A stretch of 64,000 bases of DNA from Lactobacillus sp. (GTDB lineage: Bacteria > Bacillota > Bacilli > Lactobacillales > Lactobacillaceae): assembly GCA_030530865.1 (NCBI GenBank), contig JAUMUC010000006.1, positions 3,010 through 67,009 of the forward strand, written 5' to 3'. How positions within the stretch are numbered: the stretch's first letter is position 1; every line of letters begins with the position of its first letter. The notes beneath the pieces were generated by a model. It did not search any database. It had not been told where the DNA came from and saw only the letters and a list, made by a program, of their open reading frames with translations. The position numbers and the translations under genes were made by a program. Of this stretch, positions 49,895 to 60,852 are shown one piece after another.

Positions 49895-52309
49895 CTACTT
49901 AGCAACGATATTAACGATCTTGTTTGGAACAACAATCACTTTCTTAATTTCCTTGCCTTCAACAAATTTCTTGACGTTTTCTTCAGCTAAAGCAGCTTCT
50001 TTAACAACTGCTTGATCTTCGTCCTTGTTTACAACAATCTTTCCACGAAGCTTACCGTTAACTTGAACCATCACATGAACAGTACTTTCAACCAATTTAG
50101 CAGGATCATATTCTGGCCACTTAGCATAAGCGATGCTTTCATCGTGACCAAAGACTTGCCAAATTTCTTCCATCATGTGTGGTGCAGCAGGTGCTAATAA
50201 TTGTACAAAGCCTTCTGCATATTCCAATGGAATAGTTTTAGCCTTTTGAGCAGCGTTAATGAAGACCATCATTTGTGAAATTGCAGTGTTGAAGTGCAAG
50301 TTTTCATAGTCTTCAGTAACTTTCTTCACAGTTTCATTGTAGACCTTGTCCAAAGTACCGTCATTTTCCTTAACAATCTTTTCACTTGGAATTGCTTCCA
50401 AATCTAAATCATTAACAAAAAGTCTCCAAATACGGTCAAGGAATTTCTTAATTGAAGCTGGACCATTGTCATCCCAGTCGATTGAAGCATCTAGTGGGCC
50501 CATGAACATCTCATAAACTCTCAAGCTATCTGCACCATATTCTTCAATCACGTCATCAGGGTTAACCACATTACCCTTTGATTTACTCATCTTATCGTGA
50601 TCTTTCAAGATAAGACCTTGGTTGTACAACTTTTGGAATGGTTCCTTAGTTGGAACAACGCCCAAGTCATAAAGCACTTTATGCCAGAAACGTGCGTAGA
50701 GCAAGTGACGAACAGCGTGTTCTGCCCCACCAATGTAAATATCAACTGGCAACCATTGTTTAAGCAAGTCGTAGTCAGCTAATTGCTTGTCATTGTGTGG
50801 ATCGATGTAACGTAAGTAGTACCATGAACTACCTGCCCAGTTAGGCATAGTGTTAGTTTCGCGTTTACCTTTTCGACCATTTTCATCAACAACATTAACC
50901 CAATCAGTTAAGTTAGCTAATGGACTTTCAGGCTTACCACTTGGCTTGATGTCAGTTGCATGTGGCAATCTCAATGGTAATTCATCTTCAGGAACTAAAG
51001 TAGTTTCACCATCTTCCCAGTGGATAACTGGAATTGGTTCACCCCAGTAACGTTGACGACTGAAGTCCCAGTCACGCAACTTGTAGTTAACCTTCTTTTT
51101 ACCAAAGCCTTTTTCTTCGAGGTAATCAATCATCTTAGCCTTGGCATCTTCAATGTTTAAGCCATCTAAGATGTCACTGTTGATGTGCTTACCATCTCCA
51201 GCATAAGCTTCTTTGTCGAGGTCGCCACCTTCAATGACACGCTTCATTGGTAAATCATGCTTTTTAGCAAATTCCCAGTCACGTTCATCATGAGCAGGAA
51301 CAGCCATCACGGCACCAGTACCGTAACTGGCTAAAACATAATCACCAATCCAAATTGGCACTTCTTGACCATTAACTGGGTTAATAGCGTAAGCACCAGT
51401 GAAGACACCAGTCTTATCCTTGTTCAAATCAGTTCTTTCAAGATCTGACTTAGATTCAATCTTCTTAATGTATGCTTCAACAGCTGCTTTTTGATCTGGA
51501 GTAGTAATTTTGGCAACCAAGTCATTTTCTGGAGCAAGCACAGTGTAGCAAACACCGTACAAAGTATCAGCTCTGGTAGTGAAAACGTCAAAGCTTAAAT
51601 CTGAATCCTTCACTTTAAAAGTAACTTGTGCACCAACTGAACGACCAATCCAGTTACGTTGCATTTCTTTAATTGATTCAGGCCAGTCAAGATCATCTAA
51701 ATCTTCAAGCAAACGATCAGCATATGCAGTCATCTTCAAGACCCATTGCTTTAAGTTCTTACGGTAAACTGGATAACCACCACGTTCAGTTTTACCGTCC
51801 ACAATTTCTTCATTTGCAACAACTGTTCCTAAATCTGGTGACCAGTTAACTGGGATTTCAGCTTCATAGGCTAAGCCTTTTTCATACATTTTTTCAAAAA
51901 CCCATTGGGTCCACTTATAAAATTCTGGATCACTGGTTCTAACTTCACGATCCCAATCATAGTCAAAGCCTAACATACCAAGTTGTTTCTTGAAGTTAGC
52001 AATATTTTCTTCAGTTACAACAGCAGGGTCTTGGCCAGTTTTTAATGCGTATTGTTCAGTTGGTAAACCAAAAGCATCAAAACCCATTGGGTGAAGCACA
52101 TTGTAACCTTGAGCTCTTTTCATTCTTGATAAAATATCAGTTGCCGTATAACCTTCTGGGTGTCCAACGTGCAATCCCTTACCGGATGGGAATGGGAACA
52201 TGTCTAAAGCATAGAATTTTTTCTTATTTGGGTCATTAGTAGTTTTGAAAGTATGGTTTTTACGCCAATACTTTTGCCATTTCTTTTCAACTACTTTGTG
52301 GTTATACAT
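49895..52309 (-). CDS. leuS: Leucyl-tRNA synthetase
   Basis: [14 protein letters not shown] and KMSKS motifs; start set at MYNHK after GGAGG. Confidence 0.97.
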   Translation of the reverse strand: MYNHKVVEKKWQKYWRKNHTFKTTNDPNKKKFYALDMFPFPSGKGLHVGHPEGYTATDILSRMKRAQGYNVLHPMGFDAFGLPTEQYALKTGQDPAVVTEENIANFKKQLGMLGFDYDWDREVRTSDPEFYKWTQWVFEKMYEKGLAYEAEIPVNWSPDLGTVVANEEIVDGKTERGGYPVYRKNLKQWVLKMTAYADRLLEDLDDLDWPESIKEMQRNWIGRSVGAQVTFKVKDSDLSFDVFTTRADTLYGVCYTVLAPENDLVAKITTPDQKAAVEAYIKKIESKSDLERTDLNKDKTGVFTGAYAINPVNGQEVPIWIGDYVLASYGTGAVMAVPAHDERDWEFAKKHDLPMKRVIEGGDLDKEAYAGDGKHINSDILDGLNIEDAKAKMIDYLEEKGFGKKKVNYKLRDWDFSRQRYWGEPIPVIHWEDGETTLVPEDELPLRLPHATDIKPSGKPESPLANLTDWVNVVDENGRKGKRETNTMPNWAGSSWYYLRYIDPHNDKQLADYDLLKQWLPVDIYIGGAEHAVRHLLYARFWHKVLYDLGVVPTKEPFQKLYNQGLILKDHDKMSKSKGNVVNPDDVIEEYGADSLRVYEMFMGPLDASIDWDDNGPASIKKFLDRIWRLFVNDLDLEAIPSEKIVKENDGTLDKVYNETVKKVTEDYENLHFNTAISQMMVFINAAQKAKTIPLEYAEGFVQLLAPAAPHMMEEIWQVFGHDESIAYAKWPEYDPAKLVESTVHVMVQVNGKLRGKIVVNKDEDQAVVKEAALAEENVKKFVEGKEIKKVIVVPNKIVNIVAK

Positions 52310-52324
52310 AGTTTTCCTCCTGTA

Positions 52325-52530
52325 ATAAAAAAAGCCCCATGATCTATGATCATAGGACGCTTGAATGCGCGGTACCACCTAAGTTCTACTAACGTAGCTC
52401 TTAATTGTATCTTAAAGCGATACTAACTTTTCGAATCTTAGCTAGGCAAGTTCAGTTAGCTAACTTAAGCCTCGCACCAACCGGCTCTTCTCTGGAAAGT
52501 TATGCTCTACCTACTACTCCTATTTCGAAT
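52325..52530 (-). ncRNA. T-box riboswitch leader of leuS, specifier CUU (Leu)
   Basis: AGGTGGTACCGCG T-box, AGAGA and GGTG stem I motifs, GAA-CTT-G specifier (52450-52448), terminator before the RBS. Confidence 0.9.
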
Positions 52531-52635
52531 TAAAATGATAGTTATAATTTACCACATCTGATTTAAAATTCATAGTTCAAGTCTTTATTTTCTGAAAATG
52601 AATGCGTATAATCTTAACAAGTAAGGAGGATTACT

Positions 52636-53301
52636 ATGCTAGAGAATCGTAAAGTTCCTCGCGATAAACGAGGATGGGGCGTTCTTTTCGGCATCTTTTT
52701 TATGGTCTGGGCTGTTTTAGTAGCCAGTCAAAATGCATTTATTACTTCATTTGACCGTCATTTTAATCAAATGATTTATACTAAAAACCCAGGTATCATA
52801 AGCTTTGCTAAAATAGCGACCAAACTTGGTAATACAAGTACTATCGTAGTTTTGACAATTATCGTCTTCATTATATTGCTAGTGTTTAAGAGAAAGGATT
52901 TAGCCTACTTCTTAGCTGGCGTAATGATTTGTGCAGATGGATACAATTGGATCATCAAGCATCTTGTTAAGAGAACAAGACCAACTGTGACTCACTTAGT
53001 TGCTGTTGATGGCTACAGTTTTCCATCTGGACACTCAGTTGGTTCAGCAGCCTTCTTTGGTTGTTTAATCATCATTTGCTTAGTACTATTTAGAAGCCGA
53101 ATTTTGAAATTCTTGGTAAGCTTATTCTTATGCTTGTTCCCAATTATGATTGGTTACACCAGAATTTTACTTCACGTCCACTTCCCAAGCGATGTTTTTG
53201 GTGGATGGATCGAAGGAATTGCCTTTGTTTTACTTGGCTATAGTTTTCTATATCATTTCGTTTACGAATCTGAAGTCAATAACCAAGCAATTAAGAAATA
53301 A
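52636..53301 (+). CDS. PAP2-family membrane phosphatase
   Basis: KHLVKRTRP, SFPSGH and TRILLHVHFPSD motifs. Confidence 0.92.
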   Translation: MLENRKVPRDKRGWGVLFGIFFMVWAVLVASQNAFITSFDRHFNQMIYTKNPGIISFAKIATKLGNTSTIVVLTIIVFIILLVFKRKDLAYFLAGVMICADGYNWIIKHLVKRTRPTVTHLVAVDGYSFPSGHSVGSAAFFGCLIIICLVLFRSRILKFLVSLFLCLFPIMIGYTRILLHVHFPSDVFGGWIEGIAFVLLGYSFLYHFVYESEVNNQAIKK

Positions 53302-53331
53302 AAAAAGACCTGAACATATCAGGTCTTTTTT
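53300..53331. terminator. Bidirectional terminator
   Basis: AAAAAAAGACCTGA-acata-TCAGGTCTTTTTT. Confidence 0.85.
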
Positions 53332-53763
53332 CTATGCCAAAAAGCTAATTAAGTTGTCAATTGCTTTTTCGTTTCTAGCAAGATCGTCTTCTGAAAATCC
53401 TTCTGTAAAACTTTCATAGGCTTTCTTGATCATTTGATCACGGTATTCCATTAAGTCACGACCACGTTTAGTTAAATCAATTCGAATCACCCGTCGGTCT
53501 TCTTTATCACGAGTACGCTTAATGTAACCCTTGGCTACTAAACGGTCACTTGTAACTGTCAATGTACCGGGTGTCAATTGCATCTTGTCTGCAATTTGCT
53601 TTGCAGTTGCTTTTTCACTAAGCACGATAGCAACAATGACATGATACTCCTTAATTGTTAAATCACTAAATTTACTTTTTAGTATTTCTCTTTCTTCATA
53701 CCAAGTGAAGTGATCAACTAAAAGAGATAATTTTTTTGTAAGCATCGTAATATCTTTTGTCAT
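53332..53763 (-). CDS. MarR-family regulator (FabT-like sequence)
   Basis: DLTIKEYHVI, LTPGTLT..DRLVAKGY and DRRVIRIDLTKRG; start chosen by RBS spacing. Confidence 0.85.
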   Translation of the reverse strand: MTKDITMLTKKLSLLVDHFTWYEEREILKSKFSDLTIKEYHVIVAIVLSEKATAKQIADKMQLTPGTLTVTSDRLVAKGYIKRTRDKEDRRVIRIDLTKRGRDLMEYRDQMIKKAYESFTEGFSEDDLARNEKAIDNLISFLA

Positions 53764-53909
53764 GAGCATATTCTCCTTTAATGAAAACACACCAAAAAGT
53801 GTGAAAACCACTTTCAGTTGTTAATAAAAAGTTTATTCATTATAAGAAAAAAATGCAATATCAAAATAAAAATTGTTATCTTTTTTAATATATTCTTAAA
53901 ATTTACCCG

Positions 53910-55361
53910 TTATTTTTTCATTAGCTTTATTTTTTGATTACAAATTAATGCCAAAGCAATCAGAATGATAGTCATAACGTAGACATTTTTAATTGATAAC
54001 AGCAAGATTTGACGCACTTGTTCGACTAATTCTGCAGGAACTAAATGAGCTGTTTTTTGTGAAACGATATCTGTAAGCATTTGCAAACTTATTTTGTGAT
54101 TCGTCAAAATTTCTTTATTCAAGCTAAAGTTAAAGATCAATCCATAAGTTGATACTAAAATCGTTTGTCCCAAATACTTCATCAAAGTATTGAAACTAGT
54201 TGCTACACCAACGTGCGACTTAGCTACCATTTCTTGGCAAGCCAACAAGGTTTGCATCGATAAAATACCAAATGAAAATCCGGCAAATGGTCCTAAGAGC
54301 CAAAAGATGTAACTAGGTGTCTTGATCGTAAAGCTGAGCATTAATAAGAACACAACTGCCAAGACTGCCAATAAAATTGCAAATAAACGCTTTTGACCAA
54401 TTTTAGCCACTAAAGTTCCGCATGTAAAGGAGCCAATAATCCAAAAAATTGAGCTTGGGGTCACAGCAAAGCCTGCAAGCGTAGCACTTGTGCCATTAAT
54501 TCCTTGAAGCCAAGTTGGTAAATAAAATTCATAAGCCATCACTAAGCCAAAAGTAAAGAAAGTTAAAGCGTTGACCAACAAAAATGGCTTATTGTGCAAC
54601 AATTCAATCGAAATTAACGGATCTTCGGCGTGTCTTTCTACTCGTTCGAAGATAACTGCAAATACGATTGCAATGATGAACAACAACAATTTCCACAACC
54701 AAAAAATCGGCTGTTGGATCATTTCCATCAAGAGCATAATGGCCAATAAAGCAGTTAATAAGCTGAGCGTCCCCTTGATGTCCATCTTTAACGTATGCTT
54801 GTGCTTTTCTTCAACAAAATAATATTGAATCAACAAGATATTTAAAATACCTAGTGGCACGTTGATCATGAAAACCCAGTGCCATGATAAGTTTTGCACG
54901 ATTAATCCACCTAAAAGTGGTGCAATGACTGACGCTAATCCCCAAAAGCTGGAATTAATTCCTAATAATTTTGCTCTAGTTTTGGGTTCAAATAAATCGG
55001 CCAAGATAGTAATTGCGACTGTTTGCATGGCTCCAGAGCCAATTCCCTGCACAATTCTTGAACAGATAAGCTGCAACATTGATGTTGAAAAGCCACATAG
55101 GGCTGAACCGATTGTGAATAAAGCAATTCCTATTAAAAAAATTAGCTTACGACCAATTCCGTCAGCTAATTTTCCAAAAACGGGCGTTGAAAGTGCCGTT
55201 GCTAACAAGAAGACTGCTACAACCCAATTCATTAACTTAATTCCTTGCAAATCAGCCACGATCGTCGGCATTGCCGTAGTAACAATTGTCCCTTCAATGG
55301 CTGTCATAAAGGTAGTAATAAAAATTGCAAGCGTCACAATTTTTTTGTTAGTTTTCTTCAT
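53910..55361 (-). CDS. MFS drug:H+ antiporter, DHA2 (14 TM) family
   Basis: [28 protein letters not shown] and [10 protein letters not shown] motifs. Confidence 0.9.
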   Translation of the reverse strand: MKKTNKKIVTLAIFITTFMTAIEGTIVTTAMPTIVADLQGIKLMNWVVAVFLLATALSTPVFGKLADGIGRKLIFLIGIALFTIGSALCGFSTSMLQLICSRIVQGIGSGAMQTVAITILADLFEPKTRAKLLGINSSFWGLASVIAPLLGGLIVQNLSWHWVFMINVPLGILNILLIQYYFVEEKHKHTLKMDIKGTLSLLTALLAIMLLMEMIQQPIFWLWKLLLFIIAIVFAVIFERVERHAEDPLISIELLHNKPFLLVNALTFFTFGLVMAYEFYLPTWLQGINGTSATLAGFAVTPSSIFWIIGSFTCGTLVAKIGQKRLFAILLAVLAVVFLLMLSFTIKTPSYIFWLLGPFAGFSFGILSMQTLLACQEMVAKSHVGVATSFNTLMKYLGQTILVSTYGLIFNFSLNKEILTNHKISLQMLTDIVSQKTAHLVPAELVEQVRQILLLSIKNVYVMTIILIALALICNQKIKLMKK

Positions 55362-56556
55362 TTTCTTTCATCCCAAAATATGCTAATAATTCTGAAACTT
55401 TGTTAGTTTGTTCCCATGGCAAATCGACATCAGTACGACCAAAGTGACCATAGGCAGCAGTTTGCTTGTAAATTGGACGCTTTAAGTCAAGCATCTTAAT
55501 AATACCGGCAGGACGCAAATCAAAGACTTGACGAACTGCTGCAGTCAATTCTTGATCGCTCACTTTGCCAGTACCGTTGGTATCAATTCTAATTGAAACT
55601 GGGTGAGCTACTCCAATTGCATATGCCAATTGTACTTCGCAGCTTTTAGCCAAATGACTAGCAACGATATTTTTGGCAACGTAACGTGCAGCATATGATG
55701 CACTACGGTCAACCTTAGTTGCGTCTTTTCCTGAAAAAGCACCACCACCATGGCGAGCGTATCCACCATAAGTATCAACAATGATCTTTCTACCAGTTAA
55801 ACCTGCATCCCCTTTAGGTCCACCAATAATAAAGCGACCTGATGGGTTAATCAAATAGCGAGTTTGATCATCCAAATACTTTTCTGGAATCACTTTTTTG
55901 ATGACTTCGTTAATCATTGCTTCACGAATTTCAGCATTGTTAACTGTTTCATCAGTTTGCGTTGAAATGACTACAGTATCAATTCTAACTGGATTTTGGT
56001 GTTCATCATATTCAACAGTAACTTGAGCTTTGCTATCAGGTCTAAGCCATGGCAAAATCTTTTCTTTCCGCAATTTAGCAGTGTAATGCATTAAACGATG
56101 TGCTAAAAAGATTGGCAAAGGCATCAATTCTGAAGTTTCGTCAATTGCAAAACCAAACATCAAGCCTTGATCCCCGGCTCCAATTTGATCTAATTCATCA
56201 TTAGAATTACCCTTACGGATTTCTAATGCTTCATTGACACCATCTGCAATATCAGGAGATTGACGGTCAATGTTAACTAATACTGCAACATTTTCTCCAT
56301 CAAAACCTAATTCTGGTCGGTCATAGCCGATTTCACAAATAGTTTTACGAACTACTCGTTGAATATCAACTTTAGCAGTTGTTGAAATTTCTCCGAAAAC
56401 TAGAACCATTCCAGTAGTAACTGAACATTCACAGGCTACGTGTGCATCTGGATCTTCTGTTAAGATGGCATCCAAAACCGCATCTGAGATTTGATCAGCC
56501 ACCTTATCTGGGTGGCCTTCTGAAACTGATTCCGAAGTAAATAGGCGCTTTTCCAT
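55348..56556 (-). CDS. metK: S-adenosylmethionine synthetase
   Basis: [19 protein letters not shown] and GGGAFSGKD motifs. Confidence 0.97.
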   Translation of the reverse strand: MEKRLFTSESVSEGHPDKVADQISDAVLDAILTEDPDAHVACECSVTTGMVLVFGEISTTAKVDIQRVVRKTICEIGYDRPELGFDGENVAVLVNIDRQSPDIADGVNEALEIRKGNSNDELDQIGAGDQGLMFGFAIDETSELMPLPIFLAHRLMHYTAKLRKEKILPWLRPDSKAQVTVEYDEHQNPVRIDTVVISTQTDETVNNAEIREAMINEVIKKVIPEKYLDDQTRYLINPSGRFIIGGPKGDAGLTGRKIIVDTYGGYARHGGGAFSGKDATKVDRSASYAARYVAKNIVASHLAKSCEVQLAYAIGVAHPVSIRIDTNGTGKVSDQELTAAVRQVFDLRPAGIIKMLDLKRPIYKQTAAYGHFGRTDVDLPWEQTNKVSELLAYFGMKENEEN

Positions 56557-56564
56557 AATTTTTC

Positions 56565-56630
56565 GTCCCCCTACATAAAATAAAGGTTACAAGGCATCTT
56601 CACATTCATGTGAATCCTATCAGGACTTGC
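56565..56630 (-). ncRNA. SMK box (SAM-III) translational riboswitch
   Basis: GTCCTGATAGG...GATGCCTTGTAACC...GGGGGAC pairs with the metK SD sequence. Confidence 0.85.
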
Positions 56631-56699
56631 AACTTTTAGCATAAATTCAAAACATCTAAATAATTATACTCTTTTTGCTCCAATTTTGAGCAAAAAAAA

Positions 56700-56772
56700 T
56701 GGAGGATACAGGGCTCGAACCTGTGACCTCCTGCTTGTAAGGCAGATGCTCTCCCAGCTGAGCTAATCCTCC
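56700..56772 (-). tRNA. tRNA-Val(TAC)
   Basis: GGAGGATTAGCTCAGCTGGGAGAGCATCTGCC-TTACAA-GCAGG...GGTTCGAGCCC...ATCCTCCA. Confidence 0.95.
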
Positions 56773-56776
56773 ATAA

Positions 56777-56848
56777 TGACCCGTACGGGATTTGAACCCA
56801 TGTTACCGCCGTGAAAGGGCAGTGTCTTAACCACTTGACCAACGGGCC
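56777..56848 (-). tRNA. tRNA-Glu(TTC)
   Basis: GGCCCGTTGGTCAAGTGGTTAAGACACTGCC-CTTTCAC-GGCGG...GGTTCAAATCCC...ACGGGTCA. Confidence 0.95.
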
Positions 56849-56898
56849 AGTCAAAACATGACAAAAATTATTATACGGCATTCAGATAAAAATGCAAG

Positions 56899-57759
56899 CT
56901 ATTTTTTGATCTTTTCAATAATTTGTTGGTAGTTTTGACGCATCCAAGTTAAGTAAGCCACATTGTTAGGCATTGTTTCTCTAACTTGAATAACTGGAAT
57001 TTTGTATTGCTTTGCCATCTTTAACAAGTTGCTGATGGTTGAATTTTGCACTTGAGTGTTGTAAACAAAAGCAGCATAATTACGGTTTTTAATGTTAGTT
57101 TGAATAGCATGAACCGTCTTTACACTTGGATCAGTTTCGTTTTCAATTGCTTCTTCAAATTCTTTATCACCAATCTTTAAGCCACTTGCTTGTAAAGCAT
57201 AATCAAAAACTGGTTCAGTCACAAAGACTGACTTTTTAGTGGCTGGCACTTTTTTGGCAATATCCTTGATTGCATCGACTTGTGCTAAGTATGCCTTGGC
57301 ACGCTTTTCAAAAGTAGCTTTTTTACTTGGAGCTAACTTGCCGGCTTCTTTAACCAATTCGTTGACAAATACTTTCACCATTGAGAGGTTGTACCAAATG
57401 TGTGGATTATCACCGGTCTTTTTACCCATGAGCTTCCCCACATTCATAACCTTCTTGTTGTTAGCTTCAGCTAAACGTTTCATCCAAGAGTCATAGCCTA
57501 GCCCATTTTCAACAACAATGTCAGCCTTGGCTACTACTTTAGCTGAGTCGGTAGTTGGTTCAAAATCATGCGGATCAACATTTCCGTTGCTAATAACCGC
57601 TGTGACCGTACCATCTTTGCCGATAATATTTTTAGCGATATCTTGATAAACGTTAGTACTCGTTACTACGTTAATCTTGCCACTAGCACCTTGCTTAGAA
57701 CAGCCTGTTAATACTAATGCAAACATGGCTAGCAAGATGATTAACATCTTTTTCTTCAT
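56899..57759 (-). CDS. Zn/Mn ABC substrate-binding lipoprotein (TroA/ZnuA family)
   Basis: LTGC lipobox; DPHDFEP, NGLGYD and NPHIW motifs. Confidence 0.9.
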   Translation of the reverse strand: MKKKMLIILLAMFALVLTGCSKQGASGKINVVTSTNVYQDIAKNIIGKDGTVTAVISNGNVDPHDFEPTTDSAKVVAKADIVVENGLGYDSWMKRLAEANNKKVMNVGKLMGKKTGDNPHIWYNLSMVKVFVNELVKEAGKLAPSKKATFEKRAKAYLAQVDAIKDIAKKVPATKKSVFVTEPVFDYALQASGLKIGDKEFEEAIENETDPSVKTVHAIQTNIKNRNYAAFVYNTQVQNSTISNLLKMAKQYKIPVIQVRETMPNNVAYLTWMRQNYQQIIEKIKK

Positions 57760-57770
57760 ATTTTTCTCCC

Positions 57771-58928
57771 TTATTCGGGACGATTTGTCCCGCTTAATTC
57801 TCTAATTCTGGTTACATCTTCACATATTTCCAATGTACCACAAAACTGATTATTCTTGTCTCTCAACGCATAGTAACGAATATATATAAACTTTTTCTTA
57901 AATTTTATCCAAGATTCGACTAAATCTTTACGGCCACTTCGAAGGTCTTCGATAATCTTTTTGACCTTATGACGCACGATTACTGGGTGACAATCATATA
58001 CATTCAAACCAACACTGGCAGCTGAGTGTGGAAAAACAACTTGTCCCCCACCAAAATATTTAACGATATCATTTTCATCAACAAACGTAATAGCTAATGG
58101 CAAATAATCCATAATTAGATTAAGTTGTTTGGTCGATAACTCACCTTCAGCAAACTGAATAAAAGCACTAGTTAAGTCATTTTCAGCTTCTTGCGGTTTC
58201 CAATTGATTGGTTGATTAATCAAGGTGTAGCCAATTTGATCTTCACTTTGACGCACTCGTCCCCAATCTTGACTAGTCGCAACTTGAGCAACCATTGGAA
58301 GCATGATTTTTTCTTCTTTAAAAATCATTTCCATTACTTCATTGCAGGCTTGACGCGTTTTTTCAACCAGCTCAGCATCACTAGCATCATTTGCTTCCTT
58401 GATCAAACGACGAATATCGTCATCTACACCCCACATTACTTGAGGTGGAGCAGTAATACCATACTTATTCATTAAGGCAAAAACACCAGCTTCTTTTCGC
58501 TTGTAGTGCTTATCAATCGTTTTTAAATCTTTCAAACCTTGGCGAATTTCAGCGTTTAATTCGGCCGTCGGATTTTGTTCATATTTATGGCACTTAGGAA
58601 TCAAGTAATCTTCAACTAAAGAACGAATCACTGTATTTTCAAGCTTAATGGTATTAACGGGGTGTCCAGCTTCATTAAATTCAGGATAAGGATCATCAGG
58701 CTTTAAATTATCCTTGAATAAAGCAACGTGGACATTACAAAGAGCCTGAATATCCATGGGATTCAAGCCACTTTTAATTAATTCACGTTCAGCACTAGTA
58801 ATTTCAGCCACATCCACATCTTTGAACTTGGCTTGAAACATTTTTTTAGCTTGATTAAAATCTCCACCATCCTGAATGAAATGCAAAATTTCTAGAATAG
58901 CTTGTTGGCGATCATTCTGTGATGTCAT
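57771..58928 (-). CDS. DUF438 / hemerythrin-like + PAS_10 domain protein
   Basis: LCNVHV, GHPV, HYKRKE, VMWGVDDDIR, MIFKEE and C-terminal ITFVD...CHP. Confidence 0.8.
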   Translation of the reverse strand: MTSQNDRQQAILEILHFIQDGGDFNQAKKMFQAKFKDVDVAEITSAERELIKSGLNPMDIQALCNVHVALFKDNLKPDDPYPEFNEAGHPVNTIKLENTVIRSLVEDYLIPKCHKYEQNPTAELNAEIRQGLKDLKTIDKHYKRKEAGVFALMNKYGITAPPQVMWGVDDDIRRLIKEANDASDAELVEKTRQACNEVMEMIFKEEKIMLPMVAQVATSQDWGRVRQSEDQIGYTLINQPINWKPQEAENDLTSAFIQFAEGELSTKQLNLIMDYLPLAITFVDENDIVKYFGGGQVVFPHSAASVGLNVYDCHPVIVRHKVKKIIEDLRSGRKDLVESWIKFKKKFIYIRYYALRDKNNQFCGTLEICEDVTRIRELSGTNRPE

Positions 58929-59487
58929 AACCCTTTCCTTTCAATGCATCAATGACTTCATCTAGGTTAAAATGCATTGCTCTTGTACCCAATTTCAAAG
59001 TCATTACCCGGCCAACAGTATTTAACATGCCAGGAATTTTGATTCGTGTAAAACCAATGTCATACATGTCATCCACAAAATCAGGATATTCATCCGCAAT
59101 TTCTTTAATGGGACGATTTAAGCTGATCACCTTGTTAGCAGATGAGGTAGTTTTTGGCTTTTCTTCTTTCATGCCAAGAATTTCTTTAGCTGCATCTGTC
59201 ATCCGCTCTGGTGACCAAACTGGATACCAAACTAATTGAATATTAACCGAATCAATTTCTGGCAATTCACAGACAGCTTTTTTAATTCTTTTATCCAATA
59301 AGTCACTTAAAGGACAGCCCATGGTCGTTAAAGTCATTTTAATGGTGGCTAATTTTCCTTCCACACTGACTTCATAAATCAATCCTAGATTAACTACATC
59401 CACATATAATTCAGGATCAATCACTGTTTGCAGTTGCATCATAATTTTTTCAACTAAGACTGCCTTATCTTTTTCCAACTCGCTCAC
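58912..59487 (-). CDS. DUF59 (SufT/PaaD-like Fe-S assembly) domain fused to a DUF1858-like domain
   Basis: VIDPEL..VVNLGLIY, TLTTMGCP and WYPVW, then GF..I..PGMLNTVGRVMTL. Confidence 0.8.
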   Translation of the reverse strand: MSELEKDKAVLVEKIMMQLQTVIDPELYVDVVNLGLIYEVSVEGKLATIKMTLTTMGCPLSDLLDKRIKKAVCELPEIDSVNIQLVWYPVWSPERMTDAAKEILGMKEEKPKTTSSANKVISLNRPIKEIADEYPDFVDDMYDIGFTRIKIPGMLNTVGRVMTLKLGTRAMHFNLDEVIDALKGKGYDITE

Positions 59488-59557
59488 ACTTTCTCATCAA
59501 AATTTACTTAATTATATCAAAAAAAGATATTGGCTACTGAACCAATATCTTTGAACA

Positions 59558-60202
59558 TTATGCATATCTTTTTGAAATGCGGTTAGCAAGTTGAGATAGC
59601 GTAAAGCAAATAATAAAGTATAGGATTGAAATCAAAATATACATCGGAATGGTGTAGGCAGGATTTTGACTATAAACAATTTGTGCTCGGTAAAGCAAGT
59701 CTGGCAACAAAATGATCGTTGCTAATGACGTATCCTTAACTAATGAGACAAATTGTGAAAGTAATGCTGGGATCATGTGATAAAGTGCTTGTGGCAATAC
59801 CACATAGATCATTGCTTGGAAAAAGCTCATACCGTTTGAGCGAGCTCCTTCCATTTGACCAGGATCAATTGCTTTAATCCCACCACGAACAATTTCGCTA
59901 ATCATGGCTGATTCAAAAATAACTAAGGCTAAAACAGCTGCACCAAATGAACCAATTTTGATTCCTAGTTCAGGCAATCCAAAGTAAGTGAAAAAGATCA
60001 TCAAAAGTAATGGTAAGTTTCTCACCAAGTCCACCACAACAGCAATAATTGGTGTTAATACTGGAATTTTGCTAAAACGCAAGGTTCCTAAAACTGCACC
60101 GATCAGAAAGCTCAAAATAATTGAAATGACTGATACTTCGATTGTCACTAAAAAGCCTTTTAAGATGAAATCTAAGTTGATCCAACTATATGCTTGCCAC
60201 AT
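59558..60202 (-). CDS. glnP: Polar amino acid (glutamine-type) ABC permease
   Basis: RNLPLL, SEIVRGGI..IDPGQMEGA and KDTSL motifs. Confidence 0.8.
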   Translation of the reverse strand: MWQAYSWINLDFILKGFLVTIEVSVISIILSFLIGAVLGTLRFSKIPVLTPIIAVVVDLVRNLPLLLMIFFTYFGLPELGIKIGSFGAAVLALVIFESAMISEIVRGGIKAIDPGQMEGARSNGMSFFQAMIYVVLPQALYHMIPALLSQFVSLVKDTSLATIILLPDLLYRAQIVYSQNPAYTIPMYILISILYFIICFTLSQLANRISKRYA

Positions 60203-60203
60203 A

Positions 60204-60839
60204 TTAAGCTCTCCTTTCTAAATGCTTAGTATAAAAATTAAGCGGTAAAGTCAAAATTAAGTAAAAGCAACCAGTAATAACGTATGCCGGAATTACATGA
60301 TAGGTTGAAAATGCCACTGTATCAGCTGAATACATTAAATCAAATCCAGCCACGAAAGCTAATACAGATGAGTTTTTAATCAAACTGATCCATTGGTTAC
60401 CCATTGCTGGCAATGCATAGTGAAAAGCTTGTGGCAAAATCACGTAACGCATCGCTTGCAAATAAGTCATTCCATTTGAACGTGCACCTTCCATTTGGCC
60501 ATCTCCAACTGCACTAATTCCAGCTCTAATCGTTTCAGCGATAAAAGCAGAAGTGTACAAAGACAAACCGATCGTTCCAGCAGTAAAACCAGAAATTTTC
60601 ATGAAATATGTTGGAATTACTAGATAAAAGAAAAGAGTAATAACTAGCAATGGAATATTTCTAAAAATTTCGATATAGGTCTTGGCTAAAAAGCGAATCC
60701 ATTTTGTTTCTGTAATTTCAAGCAAGGCAAACACAGTTCCTAATATGAAACTAGCAATTAATGCAATCGCACTACATAAAATGGTATAGCCGAAACCACT
60801 CAGATATGTTTGCCAATTTTGTAAAAATAAATCAAACAT
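60204..60839 (-). CDS. glnM: Polar amino acid ABC permease
   Basis: FRNIPLL, AETIRAGI..VGDGQMEGA and KNSS motifs. Confidence 0.75.
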   Translation of the reverse strand: MFDLFLQNWQTYLSGFGYTILCSAIALIASFILGTVFALLEITETKWIRFLAKTYIEIFRNIPLLVITLFFYLVIPTYFMKISGFTAGTIGLSLYTSAFIAETIRAGISAVGDGQMEGARSNGMTYLQAMRYVILPQAFHYALPAMGNQWISLIKNSSVLAFVAGFDLMYSADTVAFSTYHVIPAYVITGCFYLILTLPLNFYTKHLERRA

Positions 60840-60852
60840 TAAATATTTCCTC

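Noticed and set aside
52310-52378. N-terminal extension of LeuS in the ORF track (similar extensions for nnrD, yhaO, pbp2A and the ABC ATPases)
   Set aside because: It lies in the T-box leader; RBS-supported downstream ATGs match the family N-termini.
54571-55386. 174-aa and 83-aa plus-strand ORFs
   Set aside because: Antisense to the MFS transporter; no independent support.
56636-56881. 81-aa minus-strand ORF
   Set aside because: It overlaps tRNA-Glu and tRNA-Val entirely.
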